Of a DNA stretch of 64,000 nt, positions 20,505 to 30,323 are shown piece after piece. Position numbers and translations under genes: made by a program. Each line of letters starts with the position of its first letter. Position 1 is the stretch's first letter. This stretch comes from Candidatus Poribacteria bacterium. Lineage in GTDB: Bacteria > Poribacteria > WGA-4E > WGA-3G. Below the pieces are notes generated by a model. It was not told where the DNA came from. It did not search any database and saw only the letters and a program-made list of their open reading frames with translations. Location: positions 1,600,001 to 1,664,000 of the forward strand of contig CBDANF010000003.1 of assembly GCA_965197475.1 (NCBI GenBank), given 5' to 3'.

Positions 20505-21941
20505 TCATTTTGATTGAATCAAAACTGCCCAATGTGCTTCGGTCGGAGCAGACAGTGTTATGCTCTCGCTGAACGGGGTTTCCTCTTGTTTTTTCCATTC
20601 GCTTTTACGGATATTTAGCCATCTGATTGATACCGTTTTGGCATCTGTGCTTTTACCAGCACTCAGGTTGAGATCAACCGTGCCACCTTTTGGGAAGTAG
20701 ACTGCATATTCCTTTCCTGGATTTGCGATAGTATACGCGCCGTTATCTGCTCTGTTGGAAAGCAAATCATTATGAGGCTCACACGTAAAAACGTCCATTT
20801 CGTCTGTGATGGTTCGCATACTCTTGATGTGTGCTTGTGCGATTTCGCTTAAACCAACTCCACTGTCCGGACGGTGGAACCTTACTGATGCAAATCCGCC
20901 GAAGATGTTTCGCCAAAATCGCTCTAACCCATCTCGCGTACTGCCGAATCGTCCGCCATCAGCACCGTAAATCTTAATATTATTGATGGGACGGATCGGT
21001 GAGAGTTGTGCCCGAATTTTCTGAGCGTTATCCCAGTGCCGCTGCCGTTTCTGATGATTATTCTGTGATATATCGCAAAACGAGTAGGTTTCGGGATGGT
21101 CAAATGTCGCTTTATGCTTCTCATCGGATAGATCCCATGGATTCCACATCTCAGTCGTTTCAACGGCACGTCCAGCCTCTGCTGCTTTCTTCTGAATATA
21201 GGTTGCCCAGTATTCACCCCATGCAGCCGTGACGGCAGTCTCGTTGTCCATACAGTAGAGTATATGCCCATAAGGAAGCGTCTCTTCAAGGAGTTTATCC
21301 ACAAACTTTTCCTGATATTTTAAGACGTTTTCCTGATTGCGCTCTTTCGGGACTGACCAGAAAAAGTTATTACCCGTTGCAGCAGGATGGTCTTTGACAA
21401 CAGTAGGTAACCCCGTTTCTTCTGCGGTATAATTGCTGTTATTTTTTGGATTGAAGGGGTTGACATCCCAATTATCTCGGTAATAGGTGAAGGTTGCCCA
21501 CACTTCTATTTGGACGATAATATCCATCTCGTGGGTCCACGTTATGAAGTTCTGAAGACGGTTCCAAAATTCTTCGTTCCATTGATTTAAGTCATATTTG
21601 TCGCCGACTTTTTTGAAAGGTGGTATATCGCCTTCATCATTCCACCCCATCGTAGATCGCACATAGTTGCCACCAACCGACTTCAAAAGCTCGAGATGCT
21701 CTTTGAGATTCGGTATCTGAAATAGATTGTCTTCGACTGAACCGCCGATTAGCAGAATGGGTTCGCCTTTATACTGCCAGTAACGCGGGTTTTCTTTGTA
21801 AATCTGGATCCTGTTTTTTTCCATCTCTGTATCCTTTTTGGCTTTGGTATCCCATGCTGCTACTGAGCAAGCGGATACAAATATAAACAGAACTAACACA
21901 AGTTTGCCGATAGCGAAGTGTTGTCTGCACAGACTTTTCAT
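20505..21941 (-). CDS. secreted glycoside-hydrolase-like protein (paralog 2)
   Basis: Colinear and highly similar to 18805..20241. Confidence 0.7.
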   Translation of the reverse strand: MKSLCRQHFAIGKLVLVLFIFVSACSVAAWDTKAKKDTEMEKNRIQIYKENPRYWQYKGEPILLIGGSVEDNLFQIPNLKEHLELLKSVGGNYVRSTMGWNDEGDIPPFKKVGDKYDLNQWNEEFWNRLQNFITWTHEMDIIVQIEVWATFTYYRDNWDVNPFNPKNNSNYTAEETGLPTVVKDHPAATGNNFFWSVPKERNQENVLKYQEKFVDKLLEETLPYGHILYCMDNETAVTAAWGEYWATYIQKKAAEAGRAVETTEMWNPWDLSDEKHKATFDHPETYSFCDISQNNHQKRQRHWDNAQKIRAQLSPIRPINNIKIYGADGGRFGSTRDGLERFWRNIFGGFASVRFHRPDSGVGLSEIAQAHIKSMRTITDEMDVFTCEPHNDLLSNRADNGAYTIANPGKEYAVYFPKGGTVDLNLSAGKSTDAKTVSIRWLNIRKSEWKKQEETPFSESITLSAPTEAHWAVLIQSK

Positions 21942-22065
21942 GAGATTGTCTCCTAAATATAAAGGTTATAACACGAAAATACATTCAGCAATATATATTA
22001 TACCATGAGGTTTAGGGCAAACAACCAGCCCGTTTATGAACAACACACGGATATCCGTGAAAATT

Positions 22066-24057
22066 CTAAAATGCCCGGATAACTTTTGCCACCAATCGCT
22101 GTTTGAATTCTGGGGAATTTGGATCGCCGAGGATGATGAAAAAATCTGTACCAGCATAGCCAGAGCGACGCAATGCAAAGTAGATGTTGATCCCTTCTAC
22201 TTGCCAGATTAACCGACTGCCGAGGCTTAAGGCGGGACTTAAATCGTATGTGAGGGTTAGAATCTGTTGGTAACGTCTTTCAAAATGATGTTGGATACTG
22301 GTAGAGAGTCCTGCAGTGAAACCGTAGACACGTAAATTCAGATTTCCACTGACGCGATGAATCCGCTCATCAGCTCGTTCACCCCAACTATAGTTGATAC
22401 TGACATTGTTGAACCGATCCGAGGCCCGTGCTCTTAATCCAATGTTAAAAATATTATCAGTGAATTCTTGAAATTGTCCACCAACCCTGCCAATATAAAG
22501 TTCGTAATCACTATGTGTCAAGAAGTTTGAAAAGACAGCGAAGTCTTGCTGAAATACCTCACCTTCATAAGTGTTATTCGCTATTACATTGGCCCCGATG
22601 AAGATACTACGGATTAGTCCCTGGCGCCATTCGTTCGAGATAATTCCTTCTAAAGCACCACCGCGGAGGCCGGTGAACGGTTGATAGCCGAGGTTATTTA
22701 CAAAATCTGGATCCACAAAATTCACATATATGCTCGATTGAAAAAGCGAGCCATTGTAATTTAAATTGACATCTCCTGTTCTTCCATCTGACTGTCCTTC
22801 CCAGCTTTGAGTGAAACTTGATCCCACCGAAAACTTACCGTGTCTCACATTTCCTGAGAGGTGGCCAATACTGTTTGTATCAGTGTCGGGACGATGGTGT
22901 GATAGGAACGCCGCACTGATGTTAGAAGTTGCCGTTAAAGATTGTGAGGCGCGTAAAATAAAATTCTGGTTGTTGCGATGATAGGTGCCTAAGGTGCCGA
23001 CTGAGGTGTTCTTTCCTACTTTTCCAAAGAGTTTAAGCCCTCCATCCATATCCATTATCCGACGTGAATAGAAAAGGTTGCCGAGATTGTAGACATTTCC
23101 ACCTTCTGAGAAGAACGGACGCCGGTCATCCACGTAGCGTTCACCGTAAGAGAAATCAATACCTTCAACGCTTTGTTCAATGTTATCAAAATCGGGGTTA
23201 GCTGTGCCGATGAGTCGTAGTTGTGGTGTAACCTGATAGCGTAGGTCTGCTCCTGTACGGGCAGTGTATTTTCGTTTATCCATTTCTGTTTCACTAATAC
23301 CGCCAATCAGATAGGGCAATAACTTTAGTTCACGCTGCCGCGGCGGTGGCAGCACATCAATCCAATGTCCATCGTTCTCTCGAAATTCTTGAACGCCAAG
23401 ATTACACCACCATGAACGTTCTCCGGTGCGTTGTTGAAATCTGTCAAGGTTGATACCCATCCGAACGGGTTCTGTTGTGTCGGGGTAATCCAGTATCTGC
23501 CATGGGATTTCCATCTCTACAATCCATCCATCTTCTATTATCTGGGCTGCAGCATTCCATAGTCCGATCCATTCGCTTTTTTCTGCGCGTCCAGTGGCAA
23601 GATGTGCAAATTTAGTGCCGAGTGGATTTACGATAAAGAAATTTCTGTCAGAAAATTGGTGTGTATGGAACGGATCAAGGCTAAAGGAAACCCAGTCTTC
23701 TCCCCCGAATCCGGTTTGGTCTTTAACTCGGCGCGCTACGATTTTATCGGGTATATCATCATAGAGGCGAAGCCCAACGTAGATTGCCTTGTCGGTATAA
23801 ACAAGCCTGCCGACAGATTGATTCTTGGCAGGTTTTTCGGTGCGTTCATCGGTGAAGCCGATAGCCTTTTGTGCGTCTTGCCAACAAGCATCGTTGAGGA
23901 TGCCATCAATGGTTGGTGGTCGTTCAGTTTTGACTGCGGGGAGTTCTTTTTGGACGGTTTGTGTGTTTTGCGCCTCTACGATCTGTAAGTTTATGATCAA
24001 AATAAGCGATAGTGTGATGAGCAATACTATCGCATGAATTTTTTGTAGGTTCACCAT
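22066..24057 (-). CDS. CBM9-like / DUF5916 outer-membrane protein
   Basis: Signal peptide, PPTIDGILNDACW and GWIVEMEIPW (CBM9-like), TANPDFDNIE, DRRPFFSEG, FYSRRI (DUF5916), C-terminal Phe. Confidence 0.85.
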   Translation of the reverse strand: MVNLQKIHAIVLLITLSLILIINLQIVEAQNTQTVQKELPAVKTERPPTIDGILNDACWQDAQKAIGFTDERTEKPAKNQSVGRLVYTDKAIYVGLRLYDDIPDKIVARRVKDQTGFGGEDWVSFSLDPFHTHQFSDRNFFIVNPLGTKFAHLATGRAEKSEWIGLWNAAAQIIEDGWIVEMEIPWQILDYPDTTEPVRMGINLDRFQQRTGERSWWCNLGVQEFRENDGHWIDVLPPPRQRELKLLPYLIGGISETEMDKRKYTARTGADLRYQVTPQLRLIGTANPDFDNIEQSVEGIDFSYGERYVDDRRPFFSEGGNVYNLGNLFYSRRIMDMDGGLKLFGKVGKNTSVGTLGTYHRNNQNFILRASQSLTATSNISAAFLSHHRPDTDTNSIGHLSGNVRHGKFSVGSSFTQSWEGQSDGRTGDVNLNYNGSLFQSSIYVNFVDPDFVNNLGYQPFTGLRGGALEGIISNEWRQGLIRSIFIGANVIANNTYEGEVFQQDFAVFSNFLTHSDYELYIGRVGGQFQEFTDNIFNIGLRARASDRFNNVSINYSWGERADERIHRVSGNLNLRVYGFTAGLSTSIQHHFERRYQQILTLTYDLSPALSLGSRLIWQVEGINIYFALRRSGYAGTDFFIILGDPNSPEFKQRLVAKVIRAF

Positions 24058-24202
24058 CAATTGGCATCCTCCATGATAGGTGCGTTTAAAAAGTGTCAAA
24101 CCAATACCGAATGCGCCTATAGGTAAGTTCGTAGGTTGGTTGAACGGATAGAACCGCATAAGTGTCAATTTAAGGACATGAATTTGTTTTGGTTTGTATA
24201 TA

Positions 24203-24352
24203 AGCCTCGTAGAGGCGGTATGTTTATAGAAAAGGCGTTACCCCCGTTCTTGAGCCTCGTAGAGGCGGTATGCTTATAAAATCTATATGTCGCTCCTACG
24301 GAGCTCAAGAGACGTGTAAACTTTTTTCTATAAATATATCGTCCCTACGGAC
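24203..24352. repeat. REP-like hairpin cluster (two AGCCTCGTAGAGGC and two CCTACGG hairpins in inverted arrangement)
   Basis: Same architecture as 9772-9922. Confidence 0.7.
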
Positions 24353-24453
24353 TATAGAAACCAGGCTTAGAAAGCCTTCCCACAAGAAAGATTAGATGCT
24401 AAATTGGCATCTATGGTTTCACTGTGCTCCCCCGAACTTACATCTATATTATC

Positions 24454-26157
24454 CTACTTTTGTCCCAGAACCTTCAGAAACTCTGGATCATCTTTTACAT
24501 CCGAAAATTCAGGTGTTCCAAGGAAAGATGGGTAGTAGCTATCCCGAAAATTATAGGAATCTACCACATAGTAATCCTGAGCGATCTTTAGATGATGTAA
24601 AGTCTTCTCGCGATCCTTCTCCGATGCCCAGATGCTCACAGCGAGCATGAAGTGCCCATAATGGTTGTTATTTCCCAAATCACTGGCGACCTGTAGGAAA
24701 CGTCTCGCTTCGCTATACTTTTTCAACCACACCAGACAACAACCAATATCGTGAGTAAACCAGACAAGGTCGTCAAGATTTACGGGTTGCCCTGCATCCC
24801 ATTTTTTCAACTCTACTTCCATATACGTGCTCACTTCCGTAAGTATTTGATCGAAACGCTCCCACTCTTTCCTTCTGGCATACAGCAATAGGCGATTCGT
24901 TCTTACAGCCAACCAGAATCGAAAAAAATGTTTCCAATCCTGTTTGGTGTTCGTCCGTTCCAATTTTTCTATCTCAAGAAGTGCCTCATCAGACCTACCG
25001 TTGGCTCGTAAGACTTCTGCTGCGATTTGTAGGGAATCGCAGCGGCTGTAGCAGCTCACTTCAGGGTTTTCTAAGCGTTCAGATGCCTCATTATAAAGTT
25101 GAATCCAGTCATCAATACGATCTTCTGCTGCCCAACATCCAGCACTGTTCAGATTGGAAATAATCTGCAATACATCTTTATCAGGCACGTTGTGGTTGCA
25201 TGCCCAATGGTAAAGTCGAGAATGTTCCTCAATAGCTTCTCGGTTTTTCCCCAGAAAAGCGAGGCTATTGACTAACCCCTCATGCGACCAATAACGCTCC
25301 TTATCATCTGCCGTGTCATCCATATACTTACGCAGTAAAGATGCACGTTTTTCCATGCCAAGTTTGCCCATATATGGGTATATTTTATCGACCACAAGAT
25401 GCGCCAGCTCAGGTGTAATTTCACCCTTGAGCGCAGCATCAATTTCGCTGTCTGCTTCTTTAAGTATATCCTCTCTTGATGCAGGATCAGATTTCACTTT
25501 TTCCATGAATGAATTGAACTTGCTGCGAATTTCTTCTAATTGACTCATAATATTCTCCTTCAGATTATCTGATAATTGTAAATGACCAAAGAATTCTTGA
25601 TCCAAGAGTTCCTGATCAGTTTGCATACGTTTTCGCGCGCGTTGAAGTCGGCTCGTAATTGTATTCACCGATACTCCCATGAATTCACCGATCTCTTTCG
25701 TTGACATTTCGTCAAGATAGTAGAGTGTGACGACCGTGCGTTCATTTTCTGGCAGTTTTTCTAAAAGCTTTTTCACAAGCTCATGGCAATACTCAACTCT
25801 GTCTGTCACCTGCTGTTCCGACCTGTGGTGTGTATAAGAGGATTTCTCGATTTCTTCTGGACGTGTGTTTTCCAAGGATTGCATCGCAGGCTTTTGCTTT
25901 CTTACCCAATCAATGCAAAGTCGATTTGCGATGACATGGATCCACCCAGCAAATTGATTGTGATTCTTGAGTGTCGGAAGTTTTTTGTATGCCTTAAGGA
26001 AGGTGTCTTGCATAATCTCCTCCGCATAGTGAAAATCGTGAATCTTCCGCCATGCAAGGGCGTGAATGCTCTTTTGATACTTTTCGACCAGGATGCTAAA
26101 CGCAGCGTCGTCGCCCGATAAGATTTTGCGAATCAGTTGAACATCGTCTCTTTCCAC
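24454..26157 (-). CDS. ECF sigma-70 factor with long helical (TPR-like) C-terminal extension
   Basis: AEEIMQDTFLKAY region 2 and EIGEFMGVSVNTITSRLQRAR region 4, followed by about 380 extra residues. Confidence 0.88.
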   Translation of the reverse strand: MERDDVQLIRKILSGDDAAFSILVEKYQKSIHALAWRKIHDFHYAEEIMQDTFLKAYKKLPTLKNHNQFAGWIHVIANRLCIDWVRKQKPAMQSLENTRPEEIEKSSYTHHRSEQQVTDRVEYCHELVKKLLEKLPENERTVVTLYYLDEMSTKEIGEFMGVSVNTITSRLQRARKRMQTDQELLDQEFFGHLQLSDNLKENIMSQLEEIRSKFNSFMEKVKSDPASREDILKEADSEIDAALKGEITPELAHLVVDKIYPYMGKLGMEKRASLLRKYMDDTADDKERYWSHEGLVNSLAFLGKNREAIEEHSRLYHWACNHNVPDKDVLQIISNLNSAGCWAAEDRIDDWIQLYNEASERLENPEVSCYSRCDSLQIAAEVLRANGRSDEALLEIEKLERTNTKQDWKHFFRFWLAVRTNRLLLYARRKEWERFDQILTEVSTYMEVELKKWDAGQPVNLDDLVWFTHDIGCCLVWLKKYSEARRFLQVASDLGNNNHYGHFMLAVSIWASEKDREKTLHHLKIAQDYYVVDSYNFRDSYYPSFLGTPEFSDVKDDPEFLKVLGQK

Positions 26158-26267
26158 GAGACATCCTCCTAATGAGCAGGTAGGTTGAATTTGCTAAAAG
26201 ACTTAATCAAATGCTGAGGTTTGTAGAATGGAGTAATATAATACGGTTCACACCTTCTGTTAATAAA

Positions 26268-26296
26268 GACGAAACTTTGATCAGAAAACGTGCATC
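26268..26296 (-). promoter_or_regulatory. possible ECF-type autoregulatory promoter
   Basis: GATGCACG...CGTC upstream of the ECF gene. A similar GATGCAAC lies at 36559-36566 upstream of the second ECF. Confidence 0.4.
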
Positions 26297-26474
26297 ATGT
26301 CAAAAAATGAAACTTGGAACGAAGAAACCTTTGCATTTTCACCTGTAGGGTGGGGCACAGAGAACCACCCTACAATAGGAGTTTTGTATCCTTTGACAGA
26401 AACTTTACATACCTTAAAGGGATTAAAATAAATTATAAGCGCGACCTATCTCGGCAAGTGGGAAAGATCGCGAC

Positions 26475-26511
26475 CTCCATGAGGAGCGTTCGCAAAACGC
26501 TCCTCATGGAG
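26475..26511. terminator. 16-bp perfect hairpin downstream of the DUF5916 gene
   Basis: CTCCATGAGGAGCGTT-CGCAA-AACGCTCCTCATGGAG, with no clear U tail. Confidence 0.5.
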
Positions 26512-26540
26512 ATTATGTGTGTGGTGGATATATTGAGGAT

Positions 26541-28549
26541 TTAAAATGCCCGAATCACTTTTGCGACCAGCCGTTGTTTGAATTCTGGGGAATTTGGATC
26601 GCCGAGGATGATAAAAAAGTCCATGCCTGCATAACCAGAGCGGCGCAATGCGAAATAAATATTAACGTTCTCTGCTTGCCATATTAGACGGCTGCCAAGA
26701 CTTAAGGCGGGAGTGAAGTCATACGTGAGGGTTAGAATCTGTTGGTAACGTCTTTCAAAATGCCATTGAATTTGGGAGGTCAATCCAGCAGTGAAGCCGT
26801 AAGCGCGGAGATTCAGATTCCCACTAATGCGATGAATCGTCTCACCTGCCTGCTCACCCCACGTGTAACTAATATTGACATTATTGAACCTGTCGGAGTC
26901 GCGTGCACCTAATCTGATACCGAAAACACTGTCTGTGAATTCTTCAAACTGACCGCCGTACCATCTGACAGAAAGCGAGTAGTCGCTATGCGTTAAGATA
27001 CGTGAAGTTATGGACAAGTTACGCCGGAAGATTTCATCTTTGTAAGTATTAGAGGCCTGGCTTTCAACAGAAAGGGCCGCACTGCGAATCAACCCTTCGC
27101 GCCATTCGTTCTTGATGAAACTACCCAAACCTATGCCGTGGTAGCCGGTGAACGGATAGTAGCCGAGTCTATTGACGAAATCCGAATCCACAAAAAATGC
27201 GGACAGGTAGGGTTGGAAAATCGGTCCGTTGTAGCCTAAACTGACAAACCCATTCCTTCCGTTTGATTCGCCTGTCCAAGTTTGCACGAGATTAGAACCT
27301 ACTGAAAATTTGCCGTGGCGTACATCTCCGGAAAGATAACCTACATTGTTCAATCCAGTGTCACGGTGATGGTGGGACAAGAACGCTGCATTTATGTTAG
27401 ATGTCGCCGTTAGAGACTGTGAGGCACGGACAATAAAGTTCTGATTGTTTCGATGATAGGTGCCTAAGGTACTTACAGAAGTATTTTTTGCTGCTTTCCC
27501 AAAGAGTTTTAGCCCTCCATCCATATCTGCTATCCGCCGCGAATGAAAGGAATTTCCAAGCCTATAGACATTTCCGCCTTCGGAAAAGAAAGGGCGTCGG
27601 TCAAACACGTAGCGTTCACCATAGGAGAAATCAATCCCTTCAACATCTTGTTCAATGTTATCAAAATCTGGGTTGGCAGTGCCGATGAGCCGTATTTGTG
27701 GCGTAACCTCATAGCGGATGTCTCCGCCTGCACGGGCGGTATATTCACTTCGCGACCGGGAGGTCGCTCCTACAGAAGCTTCCGTTTCACTGATGCCGCC
27801 AATCAGATAGGATAGCAGTTTTAGTTCACGTTTTCGGGGCGGTGGCAACACATCAATCCAATGCCCATCGTTTTCGCGAAATTCGTTAACACCCAAGTTA
27901 CACCACCACGAACGTTCTCCGGTACGTTGTTGCTCTCTGTCAAGGTTGATGCCCATCCGAACCGGCTTGTTTGTGTCTGGGTAATCTAACATCTGCCATG
28001 GGATTTCCATCTCTACAACCCACCCGTCATCTACAATCTGCGCTGCAGTTTTCCATAGTCCGATCCATTCGCTTTTTTCTGCGCGTCCAATGGCAAGATG
28101 TGCGTATTTCGTTCCGAGCGGGTTTACGATGAAGAAATTCCTATCAGAAAACTGGTGTGTGTGGAAAGGGTCGAGACTAAAGGAAACCCAGTCTTCTCCT
28201 GTGATTCTTGTCTGATCTTTGGTTTGGCGCGCCACAATTTTGTCGGGCATATCATCGTAGAGGTGAAGTCCAACGTAGATAGCTTTGTCGGTGTAAATGA
28301 CCATGCCAACGGATTGATCCTTGGCAGGTTTTTCGGTGCGTTCATCGGTGAAACCTATGGCTTGCGGTGCGTCTTGCCAGCAGGCATCGTTGAGGATGCC
28401 ATCAATGGTTGGTGGTCGTTCAATTTTGACTGCGAGGAGTTCTTTTTGGACGGTTTGTGGTTTTGCGCTTGTGCAGTTTGTAAGTTTGTGGTTGATATAA
28501 GCGATAGTGTAATGAGTAAAATTATTCCATAAATTCTCTGTGATTTCAT
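26541..28549 (-). pseudogene. CBM9-like / DUF5916 paralog with a 1-bp deletion frameshift just after the signal peptide
   Basis: The paralog reads CAA AAC ACA CAA ACC and this copy reads CAA AAC CAC AAA CC at about 28459. The rest of the frame is open to 26541. Confidence 0.8.
27750..27773 (-). repeat. REP-like palindrome GTAGGAGCGACCTCCCGGTCGCGA inside coding sequence
   Basis: GTAG foot plus GCGACC/GGTCGC stem. Absent from the paralog, with a related intergenic copy near 58508-58531. Confidence 0.75.
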
Positions 28550-29358
28550 CAATTAGTTTTCTCCGTTTTTAGGTATTTTAGTGGACTTTCGAGGATGTAA
28601 TCACCTGAATCCTCAAGAAACTGCTGCACCAGATAGACATGTCCGCCACCGATAATCAGCAGAATGCGATCATTTGCAGATTCAGTAATACGCGTCAAGT
28701 TAACAAAGATTTTAAGATTTCGAGCATACCAACGATGTGCAACCCAATTCGCTCCAGGGTATTGGTCGCCTAAGCCAACCCGTGCTCTCCGAAGGTATAG
28801 CTGATGTTCGGCGCGCCTGCCTTCAGGTTCGTTACCACGGATGTACATGTCTATGAGTGATTCGTATTTTACGGGTTCAATCCAGACTCTGCCATCTTCC
28901 TCCTCATGGAATTCCACATCGGAATCAGCATAAAAGTCCTCTACGCTAGGCAGCAAGTGTTCTTGATTGTGTTCCTTTGCGAATTTGTCAGCATCCGTCA
29001 AATCCGAGTCAAAATCTTCTGGAAAAAACGGGTTATGCTTTGGCCAATAATCAACACCGTACAACTTCGGGTGTCCCATCTGCTTAGCTAACCTAAACCC
29101 AATCTGGTCACCTTCTCCACGCTTGAGTTCGTACGTGCCTTCCAGATAGCCTTGGTAGTTTGCATTGATCTCAGAATCAAACCTTTCATCTGCCTCAAGG
29201 GCTATCTTAGTGGGACGAAACGGTTTAAGTAGTGTCACCAGTTGTTCTATTTCACGTTGTCGTTTGGGAGCGAGCACATCGTCCATTCTGAAATTGAATG
29301 CGTCCGCACCGGGATTTGCTAAGTGTCCACCGCCGAGAATCATGATTGTTGGTTTCAT
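28549..29358 (-). CDS. DUF5694 domain protein
   Basis: ILGGGHLANPG, FRPTKIALE, QIGFRLAK, WYARNLKIFVNL, RILLIIGGGH motifs. Confidence 0.85.
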   Translation of the reverse strand: MKPTIMILGGGHLANPGADAFNFRMDDVLAPKRQREIEQLVTLLKPFRPTKIALEADERFDSEINANYQGYLEGTYELKRGEGDQIGFRLAKQMGHPKLYGVDYWPKHNPFFPEDFDSDLTDADKFAKEHNQEHLLPSVEDFYADSDVEFHEEEDGRVWIEPVKYESLIDMYIRGNEPEGRRAEHQLYLRRARVGLGDQYPGANWVAHRWYARNLKIFVNLTRITESANDRILLIIGGGHVYLVQQFLEDSGDYILESPLKYLKTEKTN

Positions 29359-29503
29359 ACTTGTGTTTCCTCCTTTGATATTTTGACATTATAGCATGCT
29401 TGAGAAACCTGATGCTATTGTAAACTAACAGTAGGAAAGCTATTCAGTTTTGTTTCTGAATACAAAAGCAATTATTGCGGATTTAAAAATATTAAAGTAC
29501 TAA

Positions 29504-29542
29504 AACCGACGCCGAATACGCTTATGGCATTCGGCGTCGGTT
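29504..29542 (-). terminator. intrinsic terminator-like hairpin
   Basis: AACCGACGCCGAAT / ATTCGGCGTCGGTT stem followed by a T run on the minus strand. Confidence 0.6.
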
Positions 29543-29590
29543 CATTACGGTTACCTATATTTGTACAGTCATTTTGGATAAGGGAACAGT

Positions 29591-30133
29591 CTACTTACGG
29601 AAATTAGACATGCCAGGATCTGTATCACGTTCGATCCTGTAAGAGGCACCATCGTATCGACTAAAAGCACTTTGTACATTTATAAATGCGCCAAGTTCAA
29701 TCGGGAGCACTTGATTGTGATTTCCTCTGTCAAAATTTCCTTCACCGTTAAATTGAACAATCAGACGAACTGAATTGGAGCTATTATCGTTCATAGAGTC
29801 AATGTTAGTACAAGTCAGTTTGACTGAAATATGCGGCTCCTCGGAATCTAACGAAAATGTCTCGCTAAAATCCTGTGTAACAGAGTATTTCTTTTCGTTA
29901 TTGTGGATGACAACTTTATTACCGAAATTGCCCTTCTCTTCTCTGTAGTCGGTAGAAATAACCAGTTTGAATGCTGCTTCTGCGGGTGCCTCTACGGTTA
30001 CAGTAGCACTTTCAGGTAGGTCAGTGTCAGGGAACATCATTTCGCGTTCCCCTTCGGCACAACCGGTAAGAAAAGACGATATAAGTAGAAAGGCAAAAGC
30101 CGTAAAACTGAAAACAATGTTCAATTTTTTCAT
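29591..30133 (-). CDS. hypothetical lipoprotein
   Basis: MKK N-terminus, hydrophobic core and lipobox LTGC. Confidence 0.7.
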   Translation of the reverse strand: MKKLNIVFSFTAFAFLLISSFLTGCAEGEREMMFPDTDLPESATVTVEAPAEAAFKLVISTDYREEKGNFGNKVVIHNNEKKYSVTQDFSETFSLDSEEPHISVKLTCTNIDSMNDNSSNSVRLIVQFNGEGNFDRGNHNQVLPIELGAFINVQSAFSRYDGASYRIERDTDPGMSNFRK

Positions 30134-30202
30134 TAGAAACTCCTTCAAATTAGAGAAAAATTAAAATATACTCATAGATGTATCTTAGATTCAATAGTAG
30201 TA

Positions 30203-30313
30203 ATACCCAATTAACTTGATTAGACGTTTTCGGATAAAGTCGGCATTGCAAGGCACGGGGACCTCGCGCTACAAATCGGGGTAATTGGGTATTATACCAA
30301 ATTACCCCGATTT
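30203..30313. mobile_element. MITE-like element, second copy of the 20271 family
   Basis: Shares ATACC(C/A)AATTAACTTGAT, GATAAAGTCGGCATTGC and GGGACCTCGCGCTACAAATCGGGGTAA. Confidence 0.75.
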
Positions 30314-30323
30314 ATCTTATTTT

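Noticed and set aside
24058-24168. N-terminal extensions in the ORF track (also 7160, 14004, 15441, 36565, 55218)
   Set aside because: They run through repeats, promoters or upstream genes. Downstream ATGs fit the RBS or family N-terminus better.
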